NCBI GenBank assembly: GCA_964566795.1 | Contig: CAZMIU010000001.1 | Span: forward strand, 333,091-397,090 | DNA from: an uncultured Candidatus Saccharibacteria bacterium | GTDB lineage: Bacteria > Patescibacteriota > Minisyncoccia > Phycocordibacterales > SBAW01 | Direction: 5' to 3' | DNA: 64,000 nucleotides | Shown here: in pieces, positions 1 through 9,229 of the stretch | Position numbering within the stretch: the stretch's first letter is position 1 | Layout of the letters: every line of letters begins with the position of its first letter | The notes under the pieces: generated by a model | Told to the model about the DNA's origin: nothing | What the model saw: only the letters and a program-made list of their open reading frames with translations | Databases searched by the model: none | Translations under genes and position numbers: made by a program

Positions 1-73
1 CCATCACCTCATATACGGCAAAGGCGATAACAAAGCCCAGGCACAACACCGCCACATAAATAAGCGCACTCAT
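1..73 (-). CDS. Partial (N-terminal) hydrophobic membrane protein; the gene continues beyond the window start.
   Basis: The reverse complement of 1-73 reads ATG AGT GCG CTT ATT TAT GTG GCG GTG TTG TGC CTG GGC TTT..., translating to MSALIYVAVLCLGFVIAFAVYEVM, a TM-like N-terminus. Palindrome copy 1 lies about 47 bp upstream. Confidence 0.25.
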   Translation of the reverse strand, partial: MSALIYVAVLCLGFVIAFAVYEVM

Positions 74-119
74 CGCCCCTCAATTCTAAACCCTCTTTTC
101 CCCTCCAACTTCTATGCTA

Positions 120-135
120 GTGTTTTGCAAAACAC
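120..135. promoter_or_regulatory. Copy 1 of the 16-bp perfect palindrome GTGTTTTGCAAAACAC, a putative ArsR-family operator.
   Basis: Exact palindrome read in the sequence. It lies upstream of the minus-strand gene that starts near 73. Confidence 0.5.
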
Positions 136-154
136 CAAAATAACAGCACTTGAA

Positions 155-430
155 TTAAAGTAGACGCAGTGTAAAGGAAACTTTGTCTTTGTCGTATATC
201 CCCTCCTTTTGCCGCACCTGCGCCTTGAGCGGCAAAAGATACGTGCCCGACTTTTTGTCGGGGAATATAGATGTCTCCCAGTTCGTTTTGCCAAGCGTGA
301 CTCCGACACGAAGCGAGCCCCACCCTTTTGCCACCTTACCAAAATCCTTTTTTATCGCTTGCGACTCTTTAGCGGGCACACTTATAAAATGCCACCCGGC
401 CATGCCCGGATAAGCCCACACCTGACTCCG
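155..430 (-). CDS. DUF1905-like small protein.
   Basis: ORF 155..478. The motifs WHFISVPAKESQ...GWGSLRVGVTLGKTNWETSIFPDKKSGTYLLPLKAQVRQKEG resemble the DUF1905 family. The start is uncertain (M at about 430 or 478). Confidence 0.45.
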   Translation of the reverse strand, partial: RSQVWAYPGMAGWHFISVPAKESQAIKKDFGKVAKGWGSLRVGVTLGKTNWETSIFPDKKSGTYLLPLKAQVRQKEGIYDKDKVSFTLRLL

Positions 431-484
431 CATCTTGTATATCCTCTTTGCCGCCATGGTCGTCCAATAATACCCCACCCACCC

Positions 485-781
485 TTATGTTAGTGTTTTG
501 CAAAACACCAGAATAGACTCCCCGAGTGGCGTTATTTTGTGGCGCACGGATGAGCCCTCGTTGCGCTTCATGACTAACCCCGCAATGGCTAGCTTGCGGA
601 TATGATCAGAAGTATTTATATACCCGATATCCAAATGTTCGGATATGTCGGCGACAGAAAGCTCCGGAACCCGCTTGACCAGCTCCAAAATCTCGACGCG
701 CCTGTGGTTTGCAGCGCCCTTGAGCACCCTCTCTATCCTCCTGAAATATATCTGCTTGCTTTGCGACATGGCGCGCATCAT
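485..781 (-). CDS. ArsR/SmtB-family HTH transcriptional regulator.
   Basis: 98 aa. It carries an ArsR-type wHTH: RVEILELVKRVPELSVADISEHLDIGYINTSDHIRKLAIAGLV. The palindromic operator sits immediately upstream (793-808) and at the 3' end (493-508). Confidence 0.8.
   Translation of the reverse strand: MMRAMSQSKQIYFRRIERVLKGAANHRRVEILELVKRVPELSVADISEHLDIGYINTSDHIRKLAIAGLVMKRNEGSSVRHKITPLGESILVFCKTLT
493..508. promoter_or_regulatory. Copy 2 of the palindrome GTGTTTTGCAAAACAC.
   Basis: Exact 16-bp palindrome. It overlaps the arsR-like stop and lies upstream of the DUF1905 gene start. Confidence 0.5.
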
Positions 782-792
782 ACAGTGTTCTA

Positions 793-808
793 GTGTTTTG
801 CAAAATAC
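793..808. promoter_or_regulatory. Copy 3 of the palindrome (GTGTTTTGCAAAATAC, one mismatch), part of the 22-mer CTAGTGTTTTGCAAAATACTAG.
   Basis: It lies about 10 bp upstream of the ArsR-family gene start at 781, which suggests autoregulation. Confidence 0.5.
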
Positions 809-897
809 TAGAACAGATTTGTGGTATGTTGCCAGATAATAATAAATATTGTATTATGCTACATAGGTAAGCACACCCAAAACGCGCGGAGGACCAC

Positions 898-1323
898 ATG
901 CGCATCCTACTCTCCTCTATCAGCCTTCTTGTACTGATCCTCGCACAACCGGCACAAGCCTATTCGCCGACAATCAAAGCCGTAGAAGCCGCAGTGCATT
1001 TGGCATTCGGGTATAGTCTGCCCGACGAGTTTGATCCTGCGGCGATACAGCACACGTTGTGCGATAAGCCCAAGGCCGGCAAGGCCAAGTGCAGCAACGA
1101 GATCGGCGCATTCCAGGACAGGCAGATCGAGATACTGTCTTATCTTGAAATGGCCAAGGAGGCGGAAATCGCGGGGAGTCAGGAGATGCTCAACGAGACG
1201 CTCACAAAGCTGAGCGCAGCTTTGGGAGCGTACCGCTCGAGCCTTAGGACATGGTACGGCAGCAATATTGGCAAGATAAAGGATATTCCTATCCCGCCGC
1301 TGCGCCCAGCCGCAAAAAATTAG
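898..1323 (+). CDS. Secreted hypothetical protein with a signal peptide.
   Basis: The N-terminus MRILLSSISLLVLILAQPAQA is signal-peptide-like. No recognisable domain. Confidence 0.45.
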   Translation: MRILLSSISLLVLILAQPAQAYSPTIKAVEAAVHLAFGYSLPDEFDPAAIQHTLCDKPKAGKAKCSNEIGAFQDRQIEILSYLEMAKEAEIAGSQEMLNETLTKLSAALGAYRSSLRTWYGSNIGKIKDIPIPPLRPAAKN

Positions 1324-1369
1324 ACCGCGCCTGCGCGGCACCTGCCCCGCCATCTTAAGATGGCGGGGT

Positions 1370-1594
1370 TTACTTTTCGTCAACTGAAAAGAGTTTAGAC
1401 GGGCTCGTGTGGCCTGAGATAAGCCGCACACGGGCAAGCGGCACGCGCAGGTGCGCGGCCACTACCTCTTGCACGCGCTTGTTGGCCAGGTTGCGCTCGG
1501 CGGGCGCCTTAACCCATACCTTAAGCCGGCCGCGGGGCAGGACCTCTAGCTTTTCCTGCCTAGCCCCAGCGACCACGCGCACGCTTATATACAT
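1370..1594 (-). CDS. DUF167 / YggU-family protein.
   Basis: ISVRVVAGARQEKLEV...LKVWVKAPAERNLANKRVQEVVAAHLRVPLARVRLISGHTSPSK matches the YggU/UPF0235 pattern. The start is probably the internal M, which gives about 75 aa; the long ORF extends to 1639. Confidence 0.55.
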   Translation of the reverse strand: MYISVRVVAGARQEKLEVLPRGRLKVWVKAPAERNLANKRVQEVVAAHLRVPLARVRLISGHTSPSKLFSVDEK

Positions 1595-1628
1595 GTCATT
1601 ACCGTACACCCAAAATTTCTTTATACCA

Positions 1629-1644
1629 GTGTTTTGCAAAACAC
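1629..1644. promoter_or_regulatory. Copy 4 of the palindrome GTGTTTTGCAAAACAC.
   Basis: Exact palindrome upstream of the DUF167 gene. Confidence 0.5.
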
Positions 1645-1733
1645 TAGATACCTACGCCCGGCTAGAAGTCTAGCCGGGCGTTTTCTTTTGTGATATCTTG
1701 CTCTCAGCACAAACCAGAAACAGGAGTTCCTTA

Positions 1734-2330
1734 ATGACCACCCACTTGCTGCCCATGCCAGGCGAAGATCTTGATACGCTGCGCTCTATCGCCCAGTCTA
1801 TGTATCTGGACGGCGAGTGCTACGCCTTTGCGATCGCCGTCTCGCGCGGCACCAGGCTCCCTATTGTGGGGCTTATGGAGGGCAGCGTGCCGCGGCACGC
1901 GCTCGTCTACTGGAAGGACAAGAACAAGTTCGTGGACGTGCGGGGCCTGCATGGCATACACGAGCCCGCGCTGGGCCAGCCGTTTGGCCACCGGCCGGGC
2001 TCCTACGACCTGCAGGAGATACCGGAGGCAAAGCTGTACGCGCAGCGCCAGATCGACGACAGCTCGATAGCCTACGCACAGAAGTACGCCGACATCCTGC
2101 TGCCAATGCTCCCGTGGAAGCAGGGCCGGGCCCTGCGAGCCAAGGCCTTCTGCGACGAGCTCGAGGACCTATGCCGGCGGCACGGCTTCTGGATCCGCAG
2201 CCCTGTCCCGGCCGCCAAGCCAATACTCTGCGAGGGCCATGGCGACGAGGACGGCTACAGCATCAAGCCGACCAGCGATGGCGGCCAGTTCACTATCGAC
2301 CGCAGGCTCAAAGGCGAGTCTCTGCAGTGA
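1734..2330 (+). CDS. Hypothetical protein.
   Basis: ORF 1698..2330. The ATG at 1734 is preceded by CAGGAG, a good RBS. No recognised domain. Confidence 0.5.
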   Translation: MTTHLLPMPGEDLDTLRSIAQSMYLDGECYAFAIAVSRGTRLPIVGLMEGSVPRHALVYWKDKNKFVDVRGLHGIHEPALGQPFGHRPGSYDLQEIPEAKLYAQRQIDDSSIAYAQKYADILLPMLPWKQGRALRAKAFCDELEDLCRRHGFWIRSPVPAAKPILCEGHGDEDGYSIKPTSDGGQFTIDRRLKGESLQ

Positions 2331-2338
2331 CAGCAAAA

Positions 2339-2366
2339 GCCCCGCGCCATGGCGCGGGGCTTTTCT
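2339..2366. terminator. Bidirectional rho-independent terminator between convergent genes.
   Basis: GCCCCGCGCC-AT-GGCGCGGGGC is followed by TTTTCTTAT. Confidence 0.6.
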
Positions 2367-2821
2367 TATGCAATAACTGGCGCGTCGGTAGCAACCGGCA
2401 GCGCCTGCATGAGCTCGTGCGTGGTGGCCAGTGTCACAAACACCACGCCCCCGCCGCCTGCGATAACACCTTGCGTGAGCGCCTGCGTGTAGGGCTGCCA
2501 GCTCTTCTTGAGCTCGTGGTGGTAGTACACAACCCGTATCTTGTGGTGCCGCACCTGCTGCGCCACGCGCACAGAGAGCGCCGCTACCTCGGCATCTTGC
2601 AGACGATGGTCGTAGTACGGGATACCTGTGTCGGCCGGGATAAGGCCCATTACCCCCGAGAGGATAAAGTAGGGCCTATGCCGGGCCGCAGCCTGCGCAA
2701 GCTTAATGTGCTCGCCCAGATAGCGCTTGCAAGCCGGCATCAGGGGCGGGCCCTCGGCCTTTTCCCTGCTACATATAGTGCAGACGACTTCCTTAAGCTT
2801 GTCCTTGCGGTAGTAAAACAT
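2366..2821 (-). CDS. Hypothetical protein, possibly DUF6884-like.
   Basis: CTICSREK...PACKRYLG...RPYFILSGVMGLIPADTGIPYYDHRL fits the C..K / YFILSAK.GL / PYD pattern I associate with DUF6884. The family is recalled from memory and is unverified. Confidence 0.4.
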   Translation of the reverse strand: MFYYRKDKLKEVVCTICSREKAEGPPLMPACKRYLGEHIKLAQAAARHRPYFILSGVMGLIPADTGIPYYDHRLQDAEVAALSVRVAQQVRHHKIRVVYYHHELKKSWQPYTQALTQGVIAGGGGVVFVTLATTHELMQALPVATDAPVIA

Positions 2822-2945
2822 CGGGCCCTCCTGCCTCTGGTGACATCTGCCCCCACCCTACCACACAAGGCTCAATGTGCCAGTATTTGGATTTTTGTAC
2901 GGGCATTAGTATAGTGACCTCAGACGACACAAACGGGAGGCAGCG

Positions 2946-3449
2946 ATGCGATTCTTGTGGATGTTTTCGATCTTTTTTCTGACACTCGTTCCAAATGAGC
3001 CGCTCGCGGCGCAGGAACACCGACATCACGACCGCGCACAAGTAGCACCGGCCTCTCCGCCAGGCTTTGAGCGCTATCTCAAACTTCTGGAGAAGCCTCC
3101 GCAATTGGGAGATTGGGCGTATCGGCACGACGAGCTCCACGACCTGGGGCTCGTGGCCAAGCTGCGCATGGCTACCGGCAGCAACTGCTGCAACGGAGAG
3201 AAGAGCGGCGAGTGCCGCGTCACCAAGGTAAACCTGGTCGACAAGAAGGTGTACGTCGACCGCCAATGGTGCCCGTACTACTACAACACCAAGGTTGTCG
3301 TTATGGGCGAGATGGAGACCATACACGACAACGGCGAGGATGTGGCCATGGTATGCGCCGGCCGCACGATAAGGGTGCCGCATGCGCCCCTTTCGCCCAA
3401 TATGTGCCCGGGGGTATACTGTATCGCTGTACGACCAGCCAAGATCTAA
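2946..3449 (+). CDS. Secreted cysteine-rich hypothetical protein.
   Basis: Signal-like N-terminus MRFLWMFSIFFLTLVP. There are several Cys (CCNGEKSGEC, C..YYY, MCPGVYC). Confidence 0.45.
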   Translation: MRFLWMFSIFFLTLVPNEPLAAQEHRHHDRAQVAPASPPGFERYLKLLEKPPQLGDWAYRHDELHDLGLVAKLRMATGSNCCNGEKSGECRVTKVNLVDKKVYVDRQWCPYYYNTKVVVMGEMETIHDNGEDVAMVCAGRTIRVPHAPLSPNMCPGVYCIAVRPAKI

Positions 3450-3451
3450 CC

Positions 3452-3478
3452 AAAGGCCGCCCCAGAGGGGCGGCCTTT
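3452..3478. terminator. Bidirectional intrinsic terminator.
   Basis: GGCCGCCCC-AGA-GGGGCGGCC is flanked by T/A runs and lies between convergent genes. Confidence 0.55.
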
Positions 3479-3480
3479 CA

Positions 3481-3827
3481 CTATGCGCGCTCTATGCGGC
3501 GCAAAGCAGCGCGCAGTTCTTTGTGGTTTGGCAGAGCCTCCGAGACCAGCGCCCAAAACTCCGGCCCGTGGTTAAAGTGCCTCAGGTGGCACAGCTCGTG
3601 CACCACCACGTAGTCCAAGACCTCCTGCGGCAAAAAGATAAGCTTGTAGTTAAAGTTGAGGTTGCCCCGGCTTGAGCAGCTGCCCCACCTGCTCTTGCTG
3701 TTTTTAATAAACACCCGCCTGTACGTGTGCCCGTAGTGCGCGTTGTAGCGCGCAAGCCTCTCATGTACCGCCGCACGTGCCTGCTCTTTGTGTGCCTGGT
3801 AGTGTTTGATGCTCCTGCGCCGCAACA
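3481..3827 (-). CDS. YgjP/DUF45-like (SprT/WLM-type) zinc metallohydrolase domain protein.
   Basis: The C-terminal 115 aa of the 258-aa ORF carry HELCHLRHFNHGPEFW (HExxH...H). An ATG start at about 3827 gives MLRRRSIKHYQAHKEQ. The rest of the long ORF overlaps the DoxX gene and is rejected. Confidence 0.55.
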
Positions 3828-3844
3828 TTGTACTACTGTAACGC

Positions 3845-3870
3845 AAAAGCCCCGCGTATGCGGGGCCTTT
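3845..3870 (-). terminator. Intrinsic terminator downstream of the DoxX gene.
   Basis: On the minus strand: GGCCCCGC-ATAC-GCGGGGC followed by TTTTGCG. Confidence 0.55.
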
Positions 3871-3889
3871 GCAACATGTTCTGCCTTTT

Positions 3890-4279
3890 TTAGTCGCGCT
3901 CCATGCTGTAGAGGCTGTACTTGCCAGCGCCCACAAGGAAGACCGCGAGAGCACCTGCAGCCAAGAGGATCTCAAGCTCGTAGTTGCCGCTCGGAGCGCC
4001 AACCAACAGCGTTGCGACCACCATCTCGATGCCGAGCACAACGCCCGCCAAACGCGGAGCAATGCCCAGGGCGAGCATGATGCCGCCGATAACCTCGATA
4101 GCAGCGATAAGCATCGCTGTGCCCGGAGGCAGGCCCAAGCCTGCAAAGAAGCTGTCTGCACCGCGCAGGTTCTGGAGCTTGGTCCAGCCGTGGTTAATAA
4201 ATACCCAGCCCGTGGCCAAACGGACCAGCAAGAGGCCCATGGCCTTGTGGTACGCAAAGCGCGTAACGTGATGAATCAT
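3890..4279 (-). CDS. DoxX-family membrane protein.
   Basis: The hydrophobic profile is typical of DoxX, with GLLLVRLATGWVFINHGWTKL. Confidence 0.75.
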   Translation of the reverse strand: MIHHVTRFAYHKAMGLLLVRLATGWVFINHGWTKLQNLRGADSFFAGLGLPPGTAMLIAAIEVIGGIMLALGIAPRLAGVVLGIEMVVATLLVGAPSGNYELEILLAAGALAVFLVGAGKYSLYSMERD

Positions 4280-4344
4280 ACAAAGGGTTAACTACTAATA
4301 ATCCCTTGGCTATAAGTATACTCCCGCTTTAAACGCGCAAGCCC

Positions 4345-4641
4345 CTATTTCAACATCCCCTGTGCCTGCTCCTCGATGGCCTTCTTAAGCCTGCCCTCAA
4401 ACATGCGGAGCATGAGTGGCAACTTGGCATTAAGCTCAAACTCATTGTCGCGTACCTCAAAGGTGCCCGATATACTTTGCCCCTGCGCGGTAAAGCCAAA
4501 GGTAAGGACGTTGTCATTCCACTCCTCTTTGTCGATAGTGGCCTGGTCGCCAATTTTGGCACGAGCCTCGTCGAGCGCTTGCATGACCTTACTCTTGGCG
4601 GCAGCCGCCGAGCCTGCCTGGTGCGGTATCTTGATTTGCAT
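4345..4641 (-). CDS. Polyhydroxyalkanoic-acid-system family protein (TIGR02610-like).
   Basis: The I.I.H...W.DN.L.F.F...G.ISG..V.....E.......L.L..F.G.L...IE pattern resembles the PHA granule-region small proteins. Recalled from memory, unverified. Confidence 0.45.
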   Translation of the reverse strand: MQIKIPHQAGSAAAAKSKVMQALDEARAKIGDQATIDKEEWNDNVLTFGFTAQGQSISGTFEVRDNEFELNAKLPLMLRMFEGRLKKAIEEQAQGMLK

Positions 4642-4642
4642 A

Positions 4643-5329
4643 CTACTTAAGCTCGACAGAGGTGATAACCATTGGCTGTACCGGCCTGTCGCCTGCGGCT
4701 GTTGGCGTGGTCTCTATTGCCTTAACTACCTCCATGCCCGACACGACTTTGCCAAACACGGTGTGCTTTTGGTCGAGGAAAGAGTTTTCGGCAACGTTGA
4801 TAAAAAACTGCGAGCCGTTGGTGTTGGGCCCTGCGTTGGCCATCGAGATGGTGCCGACGCCGTTGTGGTTGCCTGCCGCAATCTCATCGGCAAACTGGTA
4901 GCCCGGCCCGCCGGTGCCCCAGCGCGCCTGCATTGAGTCGTCTTTTGTCAGCGGGTCGCCGCCCTGGATCATAAAGCCGGCTATAACGCGATGGAACTTG
5001 GTCCCATTATAAAAGCCTTCTCCCGCAAGCTTAGTAAAGTTGGCCACGGTCTTTGGGGTTGCACTGATAAACTCGATTACGATGTCGCCCTTAGTCGTGT
5101 GGAATGTTGCCTGCATGATTTTTTGATTATTAGTGCTTGTAGTTGGGGTTGTGGTTGATGATAGCGCCTCAGGGACCGCTGGAGTGCTTGTCGCGCCCGG
5201 CTCCTGCGTGAGGAGCGTCGTTGTGAACAGGTCGGCTGCAGCCGGCGGCTTGCTGCCCTCGACAACGTACCACGTGCCTGCCGCAGCTACGAGTACGGCA
5301 ACCACTGCGATAAGTGACATTTTATCCAT
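4643..5329 (-). CDS. Cyclophilin-type peptidyl-prolyl cis-trans isomerase, membrane-anchored.
   Basis: N-terminal TM, then cyclophilin motifs: FHRVIAGFMIQGGDP, GTISMANAGPNTNGSQFFI, HTVFGKVVSGMEVV. Confidence 0.85.
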   Translation of the reverse strand: MDKMSLIAVVAVLVAAAGTWYVVEGSKPPAAADLFTTTLLTQEPGATSTPAVPEALSSTTTPTTSTNNQKIMQATFHTTKGDIVIEFISATPKTVANFTKLAGEGFYNGTKFHRVIAGFMIQGGDPLTKDDSMQARWGTGGPGYQFADEIAAGNHNGVGTISMANAGPNTNGSQFFINVAENSFLDQKHTVFGKVVSGMEVVKAIETTPTAAGDRPVQPMVITSVELK

Positions 5330-5340
5330 ATGCGCAGGGC

Positions 5341-5952
5341 CTATTGTAGCAAATCCTTTAGCACCGGCGCTACACGCCCAGCCAAGCGCGCATAGCCCTG
5401 GTCGTTGGGATGCACGCTGTCCGCCATAAACTCATCGCGGCCCAAGAGCCCCTTGAGCGCGTCCTCTATATATGCGGTTTTGTATTGGCGCGACACATCT
5501 TTAAAACGCGAGGCGTACTGGTCGACAAGCACGCCGCCGCGTATACCCACCAGGAGCACTATAGCGCCCCGCTTGTGAATGTCCTCGACAATCTTTGAGA
5601 CGTTCTCAAACACCGCCTCGTCCGGTACGCGGCGCAGGTAGTCGTTGCCGCCCACGAGCACTATCACCACCTTAGGGGTGTATGCATCAAGCTCGCTTAT
5701 GCGCTTGAGCACATCGGTGCTCGTGTCGCCCGCGCGCCCCAAATTAACAACCTTCTCGCCCACCGCACCTGAGACCAGCGATACAAAGTCGTGCCCCGCC
5801 GTTGAGCCAACCCCGGCAACCAAGCTGTCGCCTATGGCAATGATGTCTGTGCCTGAAGACGGGTAGTTGGTTATCTCTGGCGTGCGCAGCAAAAAGTACC
5901 ACGAACCGGCGGCCGCAACCACGAGTGCAGCAGCCACAACGCCTGAGCGCAT
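5341..5952 (-). CDS. SGNH/GDSL-family hydrolase.
   Basis: Motifs IAIGDSL (block I), VGGNDY (block III) and DSVHPN (block V). Confidence 0.75.
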   Translation of the reverse strand: MRSGVVAAALVVAAAGSWYFLLRTPEITNYPSSGTDIIAIGDSLVAGVGSTAGHDFVSLVSGAVGEKVVNLGRAGDTSTDVLKRISELDAYTPKVVIVLVGGNDYLRRVPDEAVFENVSKIVEDIHKRGAIVLLVGIRGGVLVDQYASRFKDVSRQYKTAYIEDALKGLLGRDEFMADSVHPNDQGYARLAGRVAPVLKDLLQ

Positions 5953-6566
5953 CAGAGTATCTCCAAAGACTCGCGGATAGTGTCAAACTGGCGCAGGAGC
6001 GCTTGGCGGTCAAAGTTCTGTACAGCACCCTTAGGGTAGTTCTCTATAGCGCCGTAGTGCACAAAGTACCGCACGGCCAGGCAGCCGCCGTCGACAGGTG
6101 TGGCGTACACGCGCTCCTCGTAGCGGTTGCCTGCTGCAGCACCCATTGATGTTGAGACCGAGTAGCGATGACCCGCAACATCGACAAACCCCTCGTGTGT
6201 CGAGCCCTCGGCAAGATATATGGAGGCACTGCAGGAGTTAATCGCACCCGGCAGGGGCTCCACACTGATGTAGGAGTCCTCAGAGAGATTGGTGCCCGAG
6301 GCAAATGCGGGCGCTATAAGCAGACGGGTGCCCGAGATTGTGCGCCCGGGGCCCAGGGCCTGGTAGACATACTGCTCTGGCGTATAGCCCTCGGGGTACG
6401 AGATACGGAACTTGCCCGAGGTATCGGTGTAGGTCATAAGCGGCGTCGAGGTGGGAGTATCAGTTGTGGTGTCGCGCACCACTGGCTCGATGCGGCCCAC
6501 GGTCAAAGACAGCCACACGCCAAGCGCGACCACGCACGCAATTAGTATGCCCACTACCCACTTCAT
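5952..6566 (-). CDS. Membrane-anchored hypothetical protein.
   Basis: N-terminal TM (MKWVVGILIACVVALGVWLSL) and a Thr-rich linker. No known domain. Confidence 0.4.
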   Translation of the reverse strand: MKWVVGILIACVVALGVWLSLTVGRIEPVVRDTTTDTPTSTPLMTYTDTSGKFRISYPEGYTPEQYVYQALGPGRTISGTRLLIAPAFASGTNLSEDSYISVEPLPGAINSCSASIYLAEGSTHEGFVDVAGHRYSVSTSMGAAAGNRYEERVYATPVDGGCLAVRYFVHYGAIENYPKGAVQNFDRQALLRQFDTIRESLEIL

Positions 6567-6575
6567 ACCTATAGT

Positions 6576-6956
6576 TTACACAGACGCGCCCGAAACTCCA
6601 TTCTTACGCTTGCTAAATGCGTCTGCCGCAAGTGCCGCTGCTGCAAGCGCGATCGATACATCCCTAAACAGGACCTCAAATTGCACTGCGTTAAACGCAA
6701 CGATTGCCAACAACATCACGGCAGCAATAGCCGCGGGGATCTCGAGCCGCCAGCCCCAGAGTATCCACACCGCGATGACAATCTCGACAACACCAAAGCT
6801 GTGCAGCAATACCTCGCTGGGGATGCCTAGTGAGAACATAAACGGCGGGAAGTAGCCTATCCAGGAGTCCGGGTTGGCAACAGCATCAAGCGGCGGGTAG
6901 ACAAAGGCAAACGCCACTGCGATGCGAAGGAGCCACTGTGCCGCGTTACTCATCAC
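6576..6956 (-). CDS. Small multi-pass membrane protein, DoxX-like.
   Basis: Four predicted TM helices and a DoxX-like profile. Confidence 0.4.
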   Translation of the reverse strand: MMSNAAQWLLRIAVAFAFVYPPLDAVANPDSWIGYFPPFMFSLGIPSEVLLHSFGVVEIVIAVWILWGWRLEIPAAIAAVMLLAIVAFNAVQFEVLFRDVSIALAAAALAADAFSKRKNGVSGASV

Positions 6957-7453
6957 TGCACAACTACCATACCGCTAAACTGCGCCGCAGAGTGGTTGTG
7001 ATACTCAAAGCTGCCCGCCTTGGTAAAGACAAAGGTGTAGCTTGATCCTGCCTGGCACTGGTCAAACGGGGTTGCGCCGGTGTAGGTGCCCGAGCAGTGC
7101 GTTGCGCGGTCGGTGCTGTCGTACTCGGTGTGTGTTGGGTGCTCGTCTGCAGCTACCCACATGGCGCCCGAGGTGTCGTTGATAAATGTCACCTTCTCAC
7201 CTGCCTTGATGGTTACGCTCTTGGGAGTAAAGCCAGCGGTAGTGTAGTGCACCTCAGCACCGCCGGTTGTAGGAGCAACTGCGTCGCCGCCAACCATGCC
7301 GTTGTCGGGCGTCTGCGTACCCTCAAGCTGCGTCCCGCCTGCGGCTGCAGTGGTGTCGGTGGGAGTGGCAGGCGACTGTGCCATAAACCACCAGCCCGCG
7401 CCCAAAAGTATAACGACTACAAGTATGATTGCCGCCCATCCGGTATTGCTCAT
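6953..7453 (-). CDS. Membrane-anchored cupredoxin-like (Cupredoxin_1-type) protein.
   Basis: N-terminal TM, then a beta-rich domain with FTPKSVTIKAGEKVTFIN...HPTHTEYD...C...YHNHSAAQFSGM. It resembles a second cupredoxin gene at 43120. Confidence 0.4.
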   Translation of the reverse strand: MSNTGWAAIILVVVILLGAGWWFMAQSPATPTDTTAAAGGTQLEGTQTPDNGMVGGDAVAPTTGGAEVHYTTAGFTPKSVTIKAGEKVTFINDTSGAMWVAADEHPTHTEYDSTDRATHCSGTYTGATPFDQCQAGSSYTFVFTKAGSFEYHNHSAAQFSGMVVVQ

Positions 7454-7618
7454 AGGTTAGGTAATGAAAGGTTAATACACCTACTATAACATCATCATTG
7501 CCTGAAGGTCACATGAAATCTATGTACCTCGCTGGCAGGCTTACATCCGCTAGCAAAACGGAGTTTGAACATGTGTTCAAACTCCGTTTTGCAGAGGTCA
7601 GATCTATGTCGGGATGGA

Positions 7619-7855
7619 TTAGCTGTTGTCGGTGGTGGCGTAGGCCAGGCAGCGCAGGCACCTAGACTGCCCGGCCCTGGTCTTAAGGTATTTATTGCCG
7701 CACTCGCACAAGAGTATGGGGGTCTTTTTAATCTTGACGACCCAATGCCCGTCCTGCTGGAAGGTCTTGGTCGGCCCGCGGCCCATGCGGTTAGGCTCGG
7801 GCCTCAGTTTAGACTCGTGCTCTACTTTGGTTGTCTTTTTAGCCTTCTTTTTCAT
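7619..7855 (-). CDS. Small basic zinc-ribbon protein.
   Basis: CECGNKY...CLRC gives four Cys. It lies directly downstream of the helicase gene. Confidence 0.3.
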   Translation of the reverse strand: MKKKAKKTTKVEHESKLRPEPNRMGRGPTKTFQQDGHWVVKIKKTPILLCECGNKYLKTRAGQSRCLRCLAYATTDNS

Positions 7856-7868
7856 ATGAGGATGCGGG

Positions 7869-9188
<1,320 letters not shown>

Positions 9189-9229
9189 TGCCCAGTACTA
9201 TATCACAATGAAGCCCTAATCGTCAATGG

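Noticed and set aside
100-1660. A possible CRISPR array suggested by the repeated palindromic 16-mer.
   Set aside because: There are only four copies, with irregular spacing (about 373, 300 and 836 bp), and each sits in a promoter position. The repeat is palindromic and there are no spacers of uniform length. It is an operator-type motif, not CRISPR.
1817-2914. The 365-aa plus-strand ORF that spans two real genes.
   Set aside because: It has Arg/Ala/Pro-rich high-GC shadow composition. It overlaps the 1734..2330 gene and the convergent 2366..2821 gene and crosses a clear bidirectional terminator.
3828-4257. The upstream two-thirds of the 258-aa minus-strand ORF 3481..4257.
   Set aside because: It overlaps the well-supported DoxX gene (3890..4279) in another frame and is Ser/Ala/Arg-rich, the typical GC shadow. 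Only the C-terminal DUF45-like part (3481..3827) is kept.
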